The notes: generated by a model not told the origin, from the sequence alone. A DNA stretch of 64,000 nucleotides from an uncultured virus (IMG/VR IMGVR_UViG_3300050131_000019) (IMGVR_UViG_3300050131_000019:1-64000), one strand, 5' to 3'. Counted from the stretch's first letter, positions 9,261 through 18,047 are shown. A program made the numbers and translations.

Positions 9261-10226
9261 TTAATTCACGTTGTCCAAAACGGTTTCGAGGTCCAAATTT
9301 TTTGAGGCCCACCTATCCACAGAGGCTTCCAGAGGGATACCAAGTTTGCGGCACATCACTGCGATCTGCTGAGCAAACTCCACGGCCACGTTCTTGTCGT
9401 AGTCCCGGCCAAAATCTTCGGCCATAACCTCGGCGGCTAGTGCTCCGGAGAGTTCCGCAAAAATTTTGAATTTCGCCAGTAGCTTTACGGGTGAGTTCTC
9501 TGCGATGCTCTTCTTCTCCTTGGGGGGTTGACCTTGGGCCTCTTCCACCTTTTCCTTGACATCTTTTACTTTCAACTTCTCCCCGGACTTCTCCTTAGCC
9601 TTAATCAGCTTGTCCTGATCGACGGGCTGAAGCTTGGATAGCTGAAGAGCAGCCGATGTGGAAAATTCTCCCTTGCGGAGCTTGTCCTGTGCTTCTGGGG
9701 AGAGTTCCAAGAGCTTCTGGCGCTCCTTGACCCAAGCAACAGCCTTAGCCAGCTTCTCTGGGGTATCCGCTCCGGGGAAGTACTTCTTGGCAATTTCCTC
9801 TACGCCTTTCCCGAACTTGTGTTGGTAGACAGAGATGCAAAAAGCGTCATCGAGGGGGTTCACGTCAGTTCTGTTGCGATTTTCCGCCACGGTAAGGTCA
9901 AGGGCCTCTTCTTCTGACTTTACTGCGGAGTAGTTGAACTTCAGCTTGATCTTCTTAGCCGGGTCTGAAATCGCCCTGTTAAGCTGCACGATAGCCCGGA
10001 GCCTGCGATGCCCGGCAATCAGCACAGGCCACCCTTCCACCGTTTTGCAAGCTATGGCAGCAATGAGTTGACCACGGTGCAGGATATCATCTGCAAGCTC
10101 GGATACGTCTGTCTCTTCACTTCGACCGCTGAGTTCCGGCTTGATGATTACATTTTCAGGGGCAACAACATACCCGCCATTTGCAGTGCGGTCCACTCCA
10201 GCTTCTTTACAGAAAGTTACAGCCAT
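9261..10226 (-). CDS. ParB/Srx-domain protein
   Basis: ELADDI..GQL..LIAGHRRLRA..AENRNRTDVNPLDDA, followed by an HTH-like region. Confidence 0.88.
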   Translation of the reverse strand: MAVTFCKEAGVDRTANGGYVVAPENVIIKPELSGRSEETDVSELADDILHRGQLIAAIACKTVEGWPVLIAGHRRLRAIVQLNRAISDPAKKIKLKFNYSAVKSEEEALDLTVAENRNRTDVNPLDDAFCISVYQHKFGKGVEEIAKKYFPGADTPEKLAKAVAWVKERQKLLELSPEAQDKLRKGEFSTSAALQLSKLQPVDQDKLIKAKEKSGEKLKVKDVKEKVEEAQGQPPKEKKSIAENSPVKLLAKFKIFAELSGALAAEVMAEDFGRDYDKNVAVEFAQQIAVMCRKLGIPLEASVDRWASKNLDLETVLDNVN

Positions 10227-10424
10227 GTTATTCCTCCACGGAATCCGACAAATACTTTGTGATGGACCCTACCAAGCTCTCAGCCGGGTCCGAGTTTGAA
10301 ACCTTGAAGCCACTCCCTTTCAAATAAGTATAGACTTGGTGGAAAGCCTCATCTACACTACTTTTAATGAGAGGGTCACTAAGTTCGTACCGCGTGTGCC
10401 AATATCTTCCTTCTGGGGTTATGC

Positions 10425-10718
10425 TCATTTTTCCCTCGGTAGCGCGGTTTCAGTACGGAAAGGTTCAAAGCTGAGAGACAGGTAGGTGGTATTACCTTCC
10501 CATCGGTCTGTTCGGGCGTGGAATCCCCCGGTACTTACTGACCCGTGTCCCTTGTGCTTCGAGTTAAGTGCGTCTGTGAGAACCGTTCGGGCTGTACTCA
10601 CTAGGTCTTCAAGAGAGGGGGGTCCGTAGAAGTATTGCCAGTCAACGGACTCCATGTAGGCTTTAACCTTGTGGAAGTCAAACTTGTCGAGAGTTTCTTG
10701 AATCACGTTTTGCTTCAT
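10425..10718 (-). CDS. Hypothetical protein, paralog of 4270..4602
   Basis: FDFHKVKAYM..W..TGGF. Confidence 0.75.
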   Translation of the reverse strand: MKQNVIQETLDKFDFHKVKAYMESVDWQYFYGPPSLEDLVSTARTVLTDALNSKHKGHGSVSTGGFHARTDRWEGNTTYLSLSFEPFRTETALPREK

Positions 10719-10742
10719 TTTTTTTTCCTCACTTTCAGAGTC

Positions 10743-11015
10743 TCACGAGATTTCGCTCGTGTCAAGAAAATTTTTAATGTCCATCGCATCATATAGATGC
10801 CGCTTTCGCGCCGCAATTTTTTTCGGTAAGAGAATTTTTTCATCTTGCGGCACTCCAGTTTTTCCAAGGTGGAACTTTTTGCACAGCGGACACCTGTAGG
10901 TGTGTAAGAATTCTGCGCCGGGTAACTCTTTTCGGCGCATTTCCAGCATCACACTCTTAGCAAGGTCCTCACTTCTGTATTTCCGTTTTCCGGAAGAGCA
11001 GAGTCTGGATTTCAC
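10743..11015 (-). CDS. Small zinc-finger protein
   Basis: C..GKRKY..YRCPLCKKFH. Lies downstream of ribozyme R2. Confidence 0.7.
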   Translation of the reverse strand: MKSRLCSSGKRKYRSEDLAKSVMLEMRRKELPGAEFLHTYRCPLCKKFHLGKTGVPQDEKILLPKKIAARKRHLYDAMDIKNFLDTSEIS

Positions 11016-11032
11016 AATTTGGCCCTCTTTCT

Positions 11033-11084
11033 AGATCATTGGTAGTTGCACACTCTCGCCGCGTGTAGGCTGATCCGTGAGAGC
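11033..11084 (-). ncRNA. Minimal HDV-like ribozyme R2
   Basis: GCTCTC AC GGATCA GCC TACACGC GGC GAGAGT GT GCAACTA CCAA TGATCT. Confidence 0.88.
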
Positions 11085-11707
11085 TACCCCCATACGCTGG
11101 GGGCGGGCGGCTGGTAAACAGTTACTGTTGTTCTGGAGTCCTTGGGGGACAAAGCCTTCATTACCTGTGCAATCTGTTCCCTTACTTCGGAAACCTTGCG
11201 GAGGAACAGGTCGTGCCCGAAGTAGGAGGTTTTTGTGAGGTCTGCAAACCACGGAGTTTCTATATCCCACTTTTTGAGGGTACCTATGTAGACGGTAAGG
11301 TCCCTTGTCCTCGGGTCTGTGGTGAGGTCTGTATGGACCAAAAGAAAGGCTGATACTTTGTTCTCTACCCCGTTCCCTGCCCTATTGTGGATTTCGATCA
11401 GGATAAAGGGCGACCCTTTGGGGGCCTCGGAGATAATGCGGAGAACGTCCACATCGTCTTTTGCCGATACGAAACTGTAAGTGTTGGGGGTTTTAGATTT
11501 CACCGGATTCCTCTCTTCGTACTGCTTGTCTGCGGTCTGTCTCGCCTTTAGCTCGTCTGGAGTTTTATTCAGAATCGCGGCGTGGTAAAGATGAACCCAG
11601 TTGTCGTGCGAAACAATTTCTTCCCAACTGTCATTTCCACAATACGCGGCACGATATAGCCGCGCCTTCTCGTATTCTTCGGGGGTGTGCTTTCCAGAAT
11701 AGTTCAT
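11084..11707 (-). CDS. Hypothetical protein whose TAG stop overlaps G1 of ribozyme R2
   Basis: SD AAGGAG, ATG at 11707. N-terminus related to 11704..11934 and 28034..28279. Confidence 0.7.
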   Translation of the reverse strand: MNYSGKHTPEEYEKARLYRAAYCGNDSWEEIVSHDNWVHLYHAAILNKTPDELKARQTADKQYEERNPVKSKTPNTYSFVSAKDDVDVLRIISEAPKGSPFILIEIHNRAGNGVENKVSAFLLVHTDLTTDPRTRDLTVYIGTLKKWDIETPWFADLTKTSYFGHDLFLRKVSEVREQIAQVMKALSPKDSRTTVTVYQPPAPSVWG

Positions 11708-11934
11708 TTCTTCTCCTTGACAAGTTCTTTGAAAAACTTGTCGGTTAACTCTTTCGCTTTGAGTTCCGTGGGGGTTTTGGCCTGCACGTATAGCTTGTAC
11801 CAGATATCCGCTTCCGTACCCTTCCAAGGTACTTTTCCAAAATTGTACTGGTCAAGCCAAATCTCTTGGTACTTGAGGCCGATTTCGAGTTGCTTCTTGG
11901 TATATTTCAAATTTTCCCTCCATTCGGTCCACAC
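11704..11934 (-). CDS. Hypothetical protein
   Basis: Packed ORF with paralogous KY..Q..W.KLY..T.TEL.AK motif. Confidence 0.65.
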   Translation of the reverse strand: MWTEWRENLKYTKKQLEIGLKYQEIWLDQYNFGKVPWKGTEADIWYKLYVQAKTPTELKAKELTDKFFKELVKEKK

Positions 11935-12461
11935 TTACCGTCGATGTAGTCGAGCCAACGTTTCCTGTTGAAGTTAGGATTCCGGGATTGGCAGAATTCT
12001 GCTAGCTCCCGAACTTCCCCGTTCTTGAAGAGATCAATCCTCCACCGACCTCTGCGGATAACGTTTGCGAGTTCGATAAAGTCCTGATTTGACATACTCA
12101 CGCTCCCTCCAGTGCTTCCTGGATTACTTTTTTGAGTTCTTCCTCATCAAAAACATAAAAGTTGTTCCCTACGTAGGGGTGGACTCTTTCCTCTTGATCC
12201 AAGATTTCCTGCGCGATTTTCTTGGTCAAACGTTCTAAGTTGTTTCCAGTGAATTTCATTTTCTCCTCCCGTGTACTCCCTTGTTGCAGTGACAAACATC
12301 TGTTATGCCGTGGCTTAAATTCCGTTTTCCGGAACACTTGGCATGATAGTTAGCTTTACAGTAACTACAAGACCCAGATTTCCGGCTAGGTGTAGGGGCT
12401 TCATTTACTGGAAGCCCCAATTTTATGGTCTGATCGATTATCTCAGTTAGCGTTCGGCGTG

Positions 12462-12659
12462 TCAAGAGGCTTCTCCGTTCAGGACAGCCAAAAGGTTGTT
12501 AAGCAGGTTGTTATCCTCAACAAGATCAGACTTGTGAGATGCAAACTGGAGAGTCTGTTTATTTTCCCAATTCAGACTTCCGGCAAAAGTACAGGGCTGG
12601 ACGGTATATAACAAACTTCCGTCTCGGTACCAAACACCCTCTTTGTAGTCAATTTTCAT
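12462..12659 (-). CDS. Hypothetical protein downstream of ribozyme R3
   Basis: SD AAGGAGG. Confidence 0.7.
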   Translation of the reverse strand: MKIDYKEGVWYRDGSLLYTVQPCTFAGSLNWENKQTLQFASHKSDLVEDNNLLNNLLAVLNGEAS

Positions 12660-12670
12660 ACACCCTCCTT

Positions 12671-12722
12671 AGACTCTTAGTAGGTGCTCAGCCGCGCCAC
12701 GGGAAGGCGAGTCTTTGCGGCC
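12671..12722 (-). ncRNA. Minimal HDV-like ribozyme R3
   Basis: GGCCGC AA AGACTC GCC TTCCCGT GGC GCGGCT GA GCACCTA CTAA GAGTCT. P1.1 TC/GA, J4/2 CTAA. Confidence 0.9.
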
Positions 12723-12744
12723 ACCCGGATTTCTCCGGGGCTAG

Positions 12745-13038
12745 TTACACGAAGGAATACAAGCACTCGAACTCTTCGTCGTAGAGGATTCCGCAGCGGT
12801 GGATGTCAATCAAATCCGCCTCCGTAGCAACTTTTAGGAGTTCCCTTATGTTTGTTTCCAGAAAAATTTCATCGTGCCCGGCATTACTGACCATATCACT
12901 ATTCCCCGGAACCAGTTTATCCAGTAAGAGAAAGCCGTGTAGGTCAGGCCGGTTGCTCAACTTGTTCTCGATACGGTCAAACTTCAAGAACTCGTCGTCG
13001 TGGTCTTTAAAGAATTGGTGTAACTCTTCCTGTTTCAT
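12745..13038 (-). CDS. Hypothetical protein
   Basis: SD AGGAG, packed ORF. Confidence 0.75.
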   Translation of the reverse strand: MKQEELHQFFKDHDDEFLKFDRIENKLSNRPDLHGFLLLDKLVPGNSDMVSNAGHDEIFLETNIRELLKVATEADLIDIHRCGILYDEEFECLYSFV

Positions 13039-13039
13039 G

Positions 13040-13537
13040 TTAGCTCCTAATCCAGAAATCTGTATCTCCGAACGACACTAGACTGTAGTCGTACTGAAGT
13101 TCCCTTGCCGCTCTTTCCCAGTCAATGCCGGTATACGGCCAAGAGTTAGATACTTTGTGGTCCAGCATTCCGCAATCCTCGGCTAGCTGCTGCGCGTACT
13201 CTTCAAAGTAGCTGTCCCGGATAAGTGTCTCACCCGAGTCCTAATCGGAGTAGCCTTCGCACTCTTCAGCCAGTTCCTTGAGAGTCTTGAGTTCTTCCCC
13301 GTCTTCGGACTCGTCCCACTCCTCAAGTTCTTTCTGGGCCGCAGAGAGAGTCTCTCCTAGAGTTTCCAGTTCCTTGGCATCACTCGCCAACACACTGGTA
13401 TCGTCGGTAGCGTCTGTTATGGTTTCTTGCGCCCCGTCAACCGCATCGACCAAGGACTGTCTCTCGGATTCGAGTTCCTCAATCCGCTCGATAACGTCTC
13501 GGCTGTCAATCACGTCGTCAAAGTTACTGATGCTCAT
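13040..13537 (-). pseudogene. Acidic ArdA-like antirestriction-type protein interrupted by an in-frame TAG at 13241-13243
   Basis: Frame continues past the stop: GYSD*DSGETLIRDSYFEEYAQQLAEDCG..WPYTGIDWERAARELQYDY..FWIRS, ending at TAA 13040-13042. Confidence 0.7.
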
Positions 13538-13545
13538 ACGTCCTC

Positions 13546-13899
13546 CTAGACTACCTGTGCAATGGTTGGAAACACGTTTTCTTCGGCTGTCTCACTCAGA
13601 ACGGCAACTATATCTCCCAACACCCGAAAGTTTTCCCCGTATCCGTTGAGACGGTATACTCTCATGTTCACCACGTTTTGGGTGTGTGGGTTGGGGGCCA
13701 ACCCTAAAGAAACGCCGTCTTCGTTTGCATACAACTGTTTGCAATTCCTAATCCCCGGAACCAAGGATTCAATGTAGCCTCCGACAGCTTTCTGAAGCTC
13801 CTTGAAGTCAAACTTCTTTCCGTTTTCCGGTTGGACTTTGATCGTGCGGCCATCTGTCTTGAAGATGTACCCGCGCTGAACTTTCTTTACTGCGGTCAT
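13546..13899 (-). CDS. DUF3846-like protein downstream of ribozyme R4
   Basis: ELQKAVGGYIE..ANEDG..N..VLGDI. Confidence 0.75.
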   Translation of the reverse strand: MTAVKKVQRGYIFKTDGRTIKVQPENGKKFDFKELQKAVGGYIESLVPGIRNCKQLYANEDGVSLGLAPNPHTQNVVNMRVYRLNGYGENFRVLGDIVAVLSETAEENVFPTIAQVV

Positions 13900-13904
13900 G
13901 TTTT

Positions 13905-13981
13905 CTCCTCGGGTATTTGGTAGTTACGCAGCCACCCCTCGTGCCGGGATACCCTTGTGGCCTGCCGGATAACGCTCCGGC
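13905..13981. repeat. 77-bp exact direct repeat, copy 1 (hairpin, ribozyme, SD)
   Basis: Identical to 17481..17557. Confidence 0.95.
13911..13962 (-). ncRNA. Minimal HDV-like ribozyme R4
   Basis: GGCCAC AA GGGTAT CCC GGCACGA GGG GTGGCT GC GTAACTA CCAA ATACCC. P1.1 GC/GC. Confidence 0.82.
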
Positions 13982-14175
13982 TAGCGGTTGACTATCATCC
14001 ACACGAAACTAGACTGATGTTTCCATTGTCGTCCGACCCAAAGTTTTCTTTAGCGAAGACAATAGCCTCCTGTTTGGTGGAGAAAATGCCAACATTCCTG
14101 AAAGGTATATCCGGATCACCAAGAGACTCCTCATCGGGGATATCAACGTACCACCGTTTTTCGTAAACGTCAAAA

Positions 14176-14679
14176 TCAGTCATCTTCTTCCTCCTCTTCC
14201 GTGTAAGGCGTGAGTGGTGGGTTCTCGGGGACGGCGGAGATTGCTTCCTGCTTTACTGTTTCCAATCCATAAAATCCCCAGCAGGAGTCAACGTCAGTTC
14301 CTTCCCCGTCTTCAATGATAAATCCGTAAACATCCCCAGATAGGTACTGGTTCCAAGTTTCAACCATACCCTCAGCGTATTTCCGGGTATCTGGGGTCTC
14401 GTCGCGCTTGACTACCACGAATCCGATCTGGCCGGAATCAAACCCCATGTAGTAGTGATCCAAGCTGGCTAAGGAAAGATGAACCCCGCCATGAATCAGG
14501 GCTTGCAGGGGGAATACATCATACTCTTCCTCCCACTCTGAAAGATTCTCTCCGATATCCGAGGCGTATTCTCCGTTTGGCCCCTCAACTTCAAAGTAAC
14601 GGTTCCGGGTGGTTACGATAAAGCATTCTTCGTCCCCCTCAAAGGGGCATTCGGCATCAAAGTCTTGCTCAATAGTCAC
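14176..14679 (-). CDS. Acidic hypothetical phage protein
   Basis: DSGQIG..WNQYLSGDVYGF..DSCWGFYG. Confidence 0.75.
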   Translation of the reverse strand: MTIEQDFDAECPFEGDEECFIVTTRNRYFEVEGPNGEYASDIGENLSEWEEEYDVFPLQALIHGGVHLSLASLDHYYMGFDSGQIGFVVVKRDETPDTRKYAEGMVETWNQYLSGDVYGFIIEDGEGTDVDSCWGFYGLETVKQEAISAVPENPPLTPYTEEEEEDD

Positions 14680-14953
14680 TTTGTAGCCATTGTGCGTGAA
14701 GGTTTCGGTTGAGTCGTTTCTCCTACAAGCCTGACTTTCTCCAGCAAACTAGCTGGCACTGAAATTTGGTCCCCGGTCTCCCACTCAACAAACACCAGCA
14801 TCTTGCGCGGGTCCGGGTATACACTCTTACCGTGGAACCCTTCGATCATCCGGCAAACTCCCTTGTTCCCCGGACCTATGCCGGTATAGAAGTCATATCC
14901 GGTAGTCCGAACTACGTCGCCTGCTTGAAATTTCATAAATCCTCCACTTTTCG

Positions 14954-15027
14954 ATTGTCGCACAAATTTTCAGGTTTGTCAAACGTTGTGTTTTCAACGG
15001 TTTGCAACGTTTTCCACAGTTTCCACA
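14954..15027 (-). promoter_or_regulatory. Early promoter with upstream IHF-like site and DnaA-box-like 9-mers
   Basis: TTGACA-17-GACAAT (14982-14954). Plus strand shows TTTCAACGGTTTG and TTTTCCACA (15010-15018). Confidence 0.65.
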
Positions 15028-15043
15028 GTTCCGGAAAACGGAA

Positions 15044-15409
15044 TTACCTCGCCCGGTAAACTGGAACCTCCGCCAGTTTGAGACAAAGGGCGGCGGCGAG
15101 GCGATGGTTTCCCTCTAGGTTATCTCCACTTAGAGAGAGAGGATGATCGATTCCGCGCTCCTCTACTTCACTAATAAGCTCCTCTCCGGCAAACTTTTTG
15201 AGTCGTTCGTGGCTCCACCCCCGGAATACCACTGCGGCATTTCGTATTTCTTCGGGGCGCAGATAGACAAATTCCCAATCCGTCTCTCCCCGTTTCTCGT
15301 AGGAATCCAGAAGACAGCGGGCATCGTCGGAACTCTCGGGGTCCGGGATATTCTGCCAAGTACTAAATATGGTCCCCGGCTCTGGATTGTACGGCGATCT
15401 GGGTTTCAT
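15044..15409 (-). CDS. Small ParB-N-like domain protein
   Basis: GIDHPL..LEGNHRLAAA..VPV. Confidence 0.6.
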   Translation of the reverse strand: MKPRSPYNPEPGTIFSTWQNIPDPESSDDARCLLDSYEKRGETDWEFVYLRPEEIRNAAVVFRGWSHERLKKFAGEELISEVEERGIDHPLSLSGDNLEGNHRLAAALCLKLAEVPVYRAR

Positions 15410-15978
15410 TCCGCACTCCCTCTGGTATGTACCCAACATACCGCTTGTAGGTCGCGGGGAGAAATTCCCCCTATCCAGCGAGAAGCCTCTTGGTAGCTGG
15501 CTTCCATTTCGAGATACATCCTGCCCCCAATGGCAATAGCTGTACACAAAGGATTCGCCGCTCTAGCGGCCCAAACGTCGATGGTGCATACGTATGAGTT
15601 TCCGGTAATGTTCTTGAAGAATCTTTGTACTTTCAGCCAACGGTTACAGCGAGTACCTGATGTGAAAGTCTTCATCGGGTCTTCCCCGTTAGCAATGTTC
15701 CACGCCTTGTTAATGTTCATGTAGGTTCCGGCCACGCTCGGTATGATTTGTGACCCATTATCCGCCGCCCGGATAATCAACCTAGCCCCTTTCACGTTTG
15801 TTTCCCATGTTTGTCTGGGGGATAGCGCGGCTATTACACCGGCACCCCTGTTAACATCTTTTGGGCAGAGTTCCCTTGCAAGAGATTCTGCGCGGCCATA
15901 CCATTCCCGGCCAGCCCGCAACTCATCTTTACTGGCCGAGGAATAGCATTTGATTATGTTACGGACAAAAGGTTTCAT
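15406..15978 (-). CDS. Hypothetical phage protein, possibly DNA-glycosylase-like fold
   Basis: GREWY..AGVIAALSP..W..N, TIDVWA, LQAVCW. Confidence 0.7.
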   Translation of the reverse strand: MKPFVRNIIKCYSSASKDELRAGREWYGRAESLARELCPKDVNRGAGVIAALSPRQTWETNVKGARLIIRAADNGSQIIPSVAGTYMNINKAWNIANGEDPMKTFTSGTRCNRWLKVQRFFKNITGNSYVCTIDVWAARAANPLCTAIAIGGRMYLEMEASYQEASRWIGGISPRDLQAVCWVHTRGSAE

Positions 15979-16187
15979 TACTCCCCCAGAAAGTCTTTGA
16001 CAATTTCCGCAAGCTCTTCCCAAGTGTCTAAGGAGTCTTTGTAGGCCCGTACTGACGCGTCGTTTGCAGAAGTGTGGTGGGGCAGCATGTAGTCTCCGTC
16101 TATCCGAAGTTTGTGCCCATCTTTTCGAGTTACCGTTAGGACGGGCTGATCCCCGTAAATGTTGATTTCTAAATCAAGTTTTGCCAT
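15978..16187 (-). CDS. Hypothetical protein downstream of ribozyme R5
   Basis: SD AAGGAGG. Confidence 0.7.
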   Translation of the reverse strand: MAKLDLEINIYGDQPVLTVTRKDGHKLRIDGDYMLPHHTSANDASVRAYKDSLDTWEELAEIVKDFLGE

Positions 16188-16199
16188 TATTCCTCCTTT

Positions 16200-16258
16200 G
16201 GAGATTGGCCGGATTGCTCCGTTTCTAGCCCCGCTACGTAGAAGCTCTCCTTGGGGCC
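16200..16258 (-). ncRNA. HDV-like ribozyme R5 with a short P4 stem
   Basis: GGCCCC AA GGAGA GCT TCTACGT AGC GGGGCT AG AAA CGGA-GCAA-TCCG G CCAA TCTCC. P1.1 CT/AG, GNRA-capped P4. Confidence 0.9.
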
Positions 16259-16275
16259 ACCCCGTAACCGGGGGG

Positions 16276-16917
16276 TTAATCCTTATTCCTTTCCCTATTC
16301 ATGCTGTTTACTGCGTCTTCTCCTTCTTGGTCCATTGCACCCCAGAGGATAGTGTCAAACTCTCCGTTGCAGTTACTATCCTCCATGATGTCATATTCGT
16401 TCCACTCTCTTTGTTCGAGGAAAGCATCAATCAGTGTTCTGATCTGGTTGTGGTCCCACTCTGAAACATTTTTGGGCCACTCCGACAGATTTGAAGAGTA
16501 GAAGCTAAGAAATCCATCATAGCTGGTGAATTTCTCTTTAACTACCTTCCGAAGAACTTCTTTATCCGCCCCCGTGTACAATCTCTTTACCGCAGCGGCG
16601 GGTATTGTCAGGAAAATCCGGTCGGTAGCGAAGTTGTATGCTCGGGGGGATTCCAAAGCGTCCCACTTCGCGTTGAGGTCAATCTTCGTCTCATCCTTGA
16701 ACCACGCGCAAAAGTTTTCTGCGTACATTTTGGCATATTCCCTGTACGCCTGCTGCCAGTTGATATGCTCCCACAGTTCGAGCGGCTCACCTTCGGAGTC
16801 TGCCAGAGGAATCTGATCTCCGTGGTCATCTTCGGTTATTTGCTCACAAGCCTTATCTAGCTCAGAATTATGGATAGAGTTGTAGAATCCGGAAAACGGA
16901 ATTGTTGCTGTCGGCAT
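16276..16917 (-). CDS. Acidic hypothetical phage protein
   Basis: FSGFYNS..SPRAYNFATDRIF..SYDGFLSFYS, SD GGAGG. Confidence 0.8.
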   Translation of the reverse strand: MPTATIPFSGFYNSIHNSELDKACEQITEDDHGDQIPLADSEGEPLELWEHINWQQAYREYAKMYAENFCAWFKDETKIDLNAKWDALESPRAYNFATDRIFLTIPAAAVKRLYTGADKEVLRKVVKEKFTSYDGFLSFYSSNLSEWPKNVSEWDHNQIRTLIDAFLEQREWNEYDIMEDSNCNGEFDTILWGAMDQEGEDAVNSMNRERNKD

Positions 16918-16925
16918 GATACCTC

Positions 16926-17174
16926 CTACACAAACTCAGTTACGGTTAGTATGTTTTGCAGGAGAACAGACTCCTGCCGGTTATGCGCCTTGATGCTAGA
17001 GGCCACCAGAAGCGCGGTAGGATGAGATATGCCCTCAAGCTCAATTACCAGAGAACCTTCCTCTACCCCTTTCCACGCTCCGGTAGCCTTGTACATCGTG
17101 TAGCCCTCGACTAGCCCGGAGAGAATCTTCTTGATTCCCTTCACATTTTTGCGCTCTGTAAAAATTCTGTACAT
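16926..17174 (-). CDS. Hypothetical protein
   Basis: SD GGAGG and ATG at 17174, just downstream of the promoter at 17222-17194. Confidence 0.65.
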   Translation of the reverse strand: MYRIFTERKNVKGIKKILSGLVEGYTMYKATGAWKGVEEGSLVIELEGISHPTALLVASSIKAHNRQESVLLQNILTVTEFV

Positions 17175-17193
17175 GTTTTCCTCCACTTTTTGA

Positions 17194-17278
17194 ATCGTAC
17201 CTGAAATTTTTAGGTTTGTCAACCAGCGAAAACAAAAGACTTAGCAACGTTTTCCACAGGTTTTCAAGGTTTTGCACA
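17194..17278 (-). promoter_or_regulatory. Early promoter with DnaA-box-like 9-mers upstream
   Basis: TTGACA-17-TACGAT. TTTTCCACA at 17250 and TTTTGCACA at 17270. Confidence 0.65.
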
Positions 17279-17280
17279 GG

Positions 17281-17475
17281 CTAGAATTTTCGGGCATCAA
17301 CTATCACGTTGCAGACCGGCTCGGTCCAGAAGCTAAACGTGTAACCACATTCTGGACAATTGTCTGTCCAATACCCCGCAGAGGGGTTGTCATAGAAGTC
17401 CAGCGAAAGACTCTTATCACACGCAGGGCACTTGAAGTTTTCCGTGTTTCCTGCGTTTTCGCCAACTACAATCAT
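17281..17475 (-). CDS. Zinc-ribbon protein downstream of ribozyme R6
   Basis: CPAC..CPECG, SD GAGGAGG. Confidence 0.7.
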   Translation of the reverse strand: MIVVGENAGNTENFKCPACDKSLSLDFYDNPSAGYWTDNCPECGYTFSFWTEPVCNVIVDARKF

Positions 17476-17480
17476 AAATC

Positions 17481-17557
17481 CTCCTCGGGTATTTGGTAGT
17501 TACGCAGCCACCCCTCGTGCCGGGATACCCTTGTGGCCTGCCGGATAACGCTCCGGC
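17481..17557. repeat. 77-bp exact direct repeat, copy 2
   Basis: Identical to 13905..13981. Confidence 0.95.
17487..17538 (-). ncRNA. Minimal HDV-like ribozyme R6 (identical to R4)
   Basis: Same 52 nt as R4. Confidence 0.82.
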
Positions 17558-17962
17558 CCGGTTATCGGAGAACTATTGCCAAGATGAGCAAGAGCAAACC
17601 TACAGAAGCTACGAACAGAACAGGAAACCAACTGACTGTTATGGGAGAATTTCTCAGTTTCTTCATCTACCACACCTTACTGAGAAAGTGCCAAGCCACT
17701 ATACCAACCACAATCCAGAAGCCAGCACCTAGAATGAATACCGCGCCCCACGCAACAAGAAACTCTGTATTAACCTCCTGTCGTCTCATACTTCCTCCTC
17801 GTCAGTCAGTTCCGTTTCTGCGGCAGCACGGAAGGCATCATCGGCTGCACCATAGGCGTCTGATCCTGTCCGGTATATGCAGTTTTGCGCCATTTTTTCA
17901 GACCCAGAAGGGTCTATTACAATGATTTTTACCACCCAAATATCATTCATACTTCCTCCTTT

Positions 17963-18016
17963 GGGTAATCTGTAAACTCCAACACCCACGCCACTTGACG
18001 GCTTACCCGTGTGGGC
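17963..18016 (-). ncRNA. Minimal HDV-like ribozyme R7 (most divergent copy)
   Basis: GCCCAC AC GGGTAA GCC GTCAAGT GGC GTGGGT GT TGGAGTTTA CAGA TTACCC. P1.1 has only 1 bp. Followed by AAAGGAGG and ATG at 17950. Confidence 0.75.
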
Positions 18017-18047
18017 TACCAGATTACGGCTCTGGCTGGCCGGTAGA

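Noticed and set aside
11031..11270. Short ORFs or N-terminal extensions overlapping ribozyme cassettes (also 13808..14002, and starts at 9200 and 18127)
   Set aside because: They run through the ribozyme folds. Strong SD-start pairs lie just downstream of each cassette.
13241..13243. Genome-wide TAG recoding, suggested by the in-frame TAG and theta-like ribozymes
   Set aside because: Many genes end cleanly at TAG with the next gene immediately following (for example 45901, 54453, 57318). Long genes lack internal TAGs. The tRNA anticodon is TTG, not CTA.
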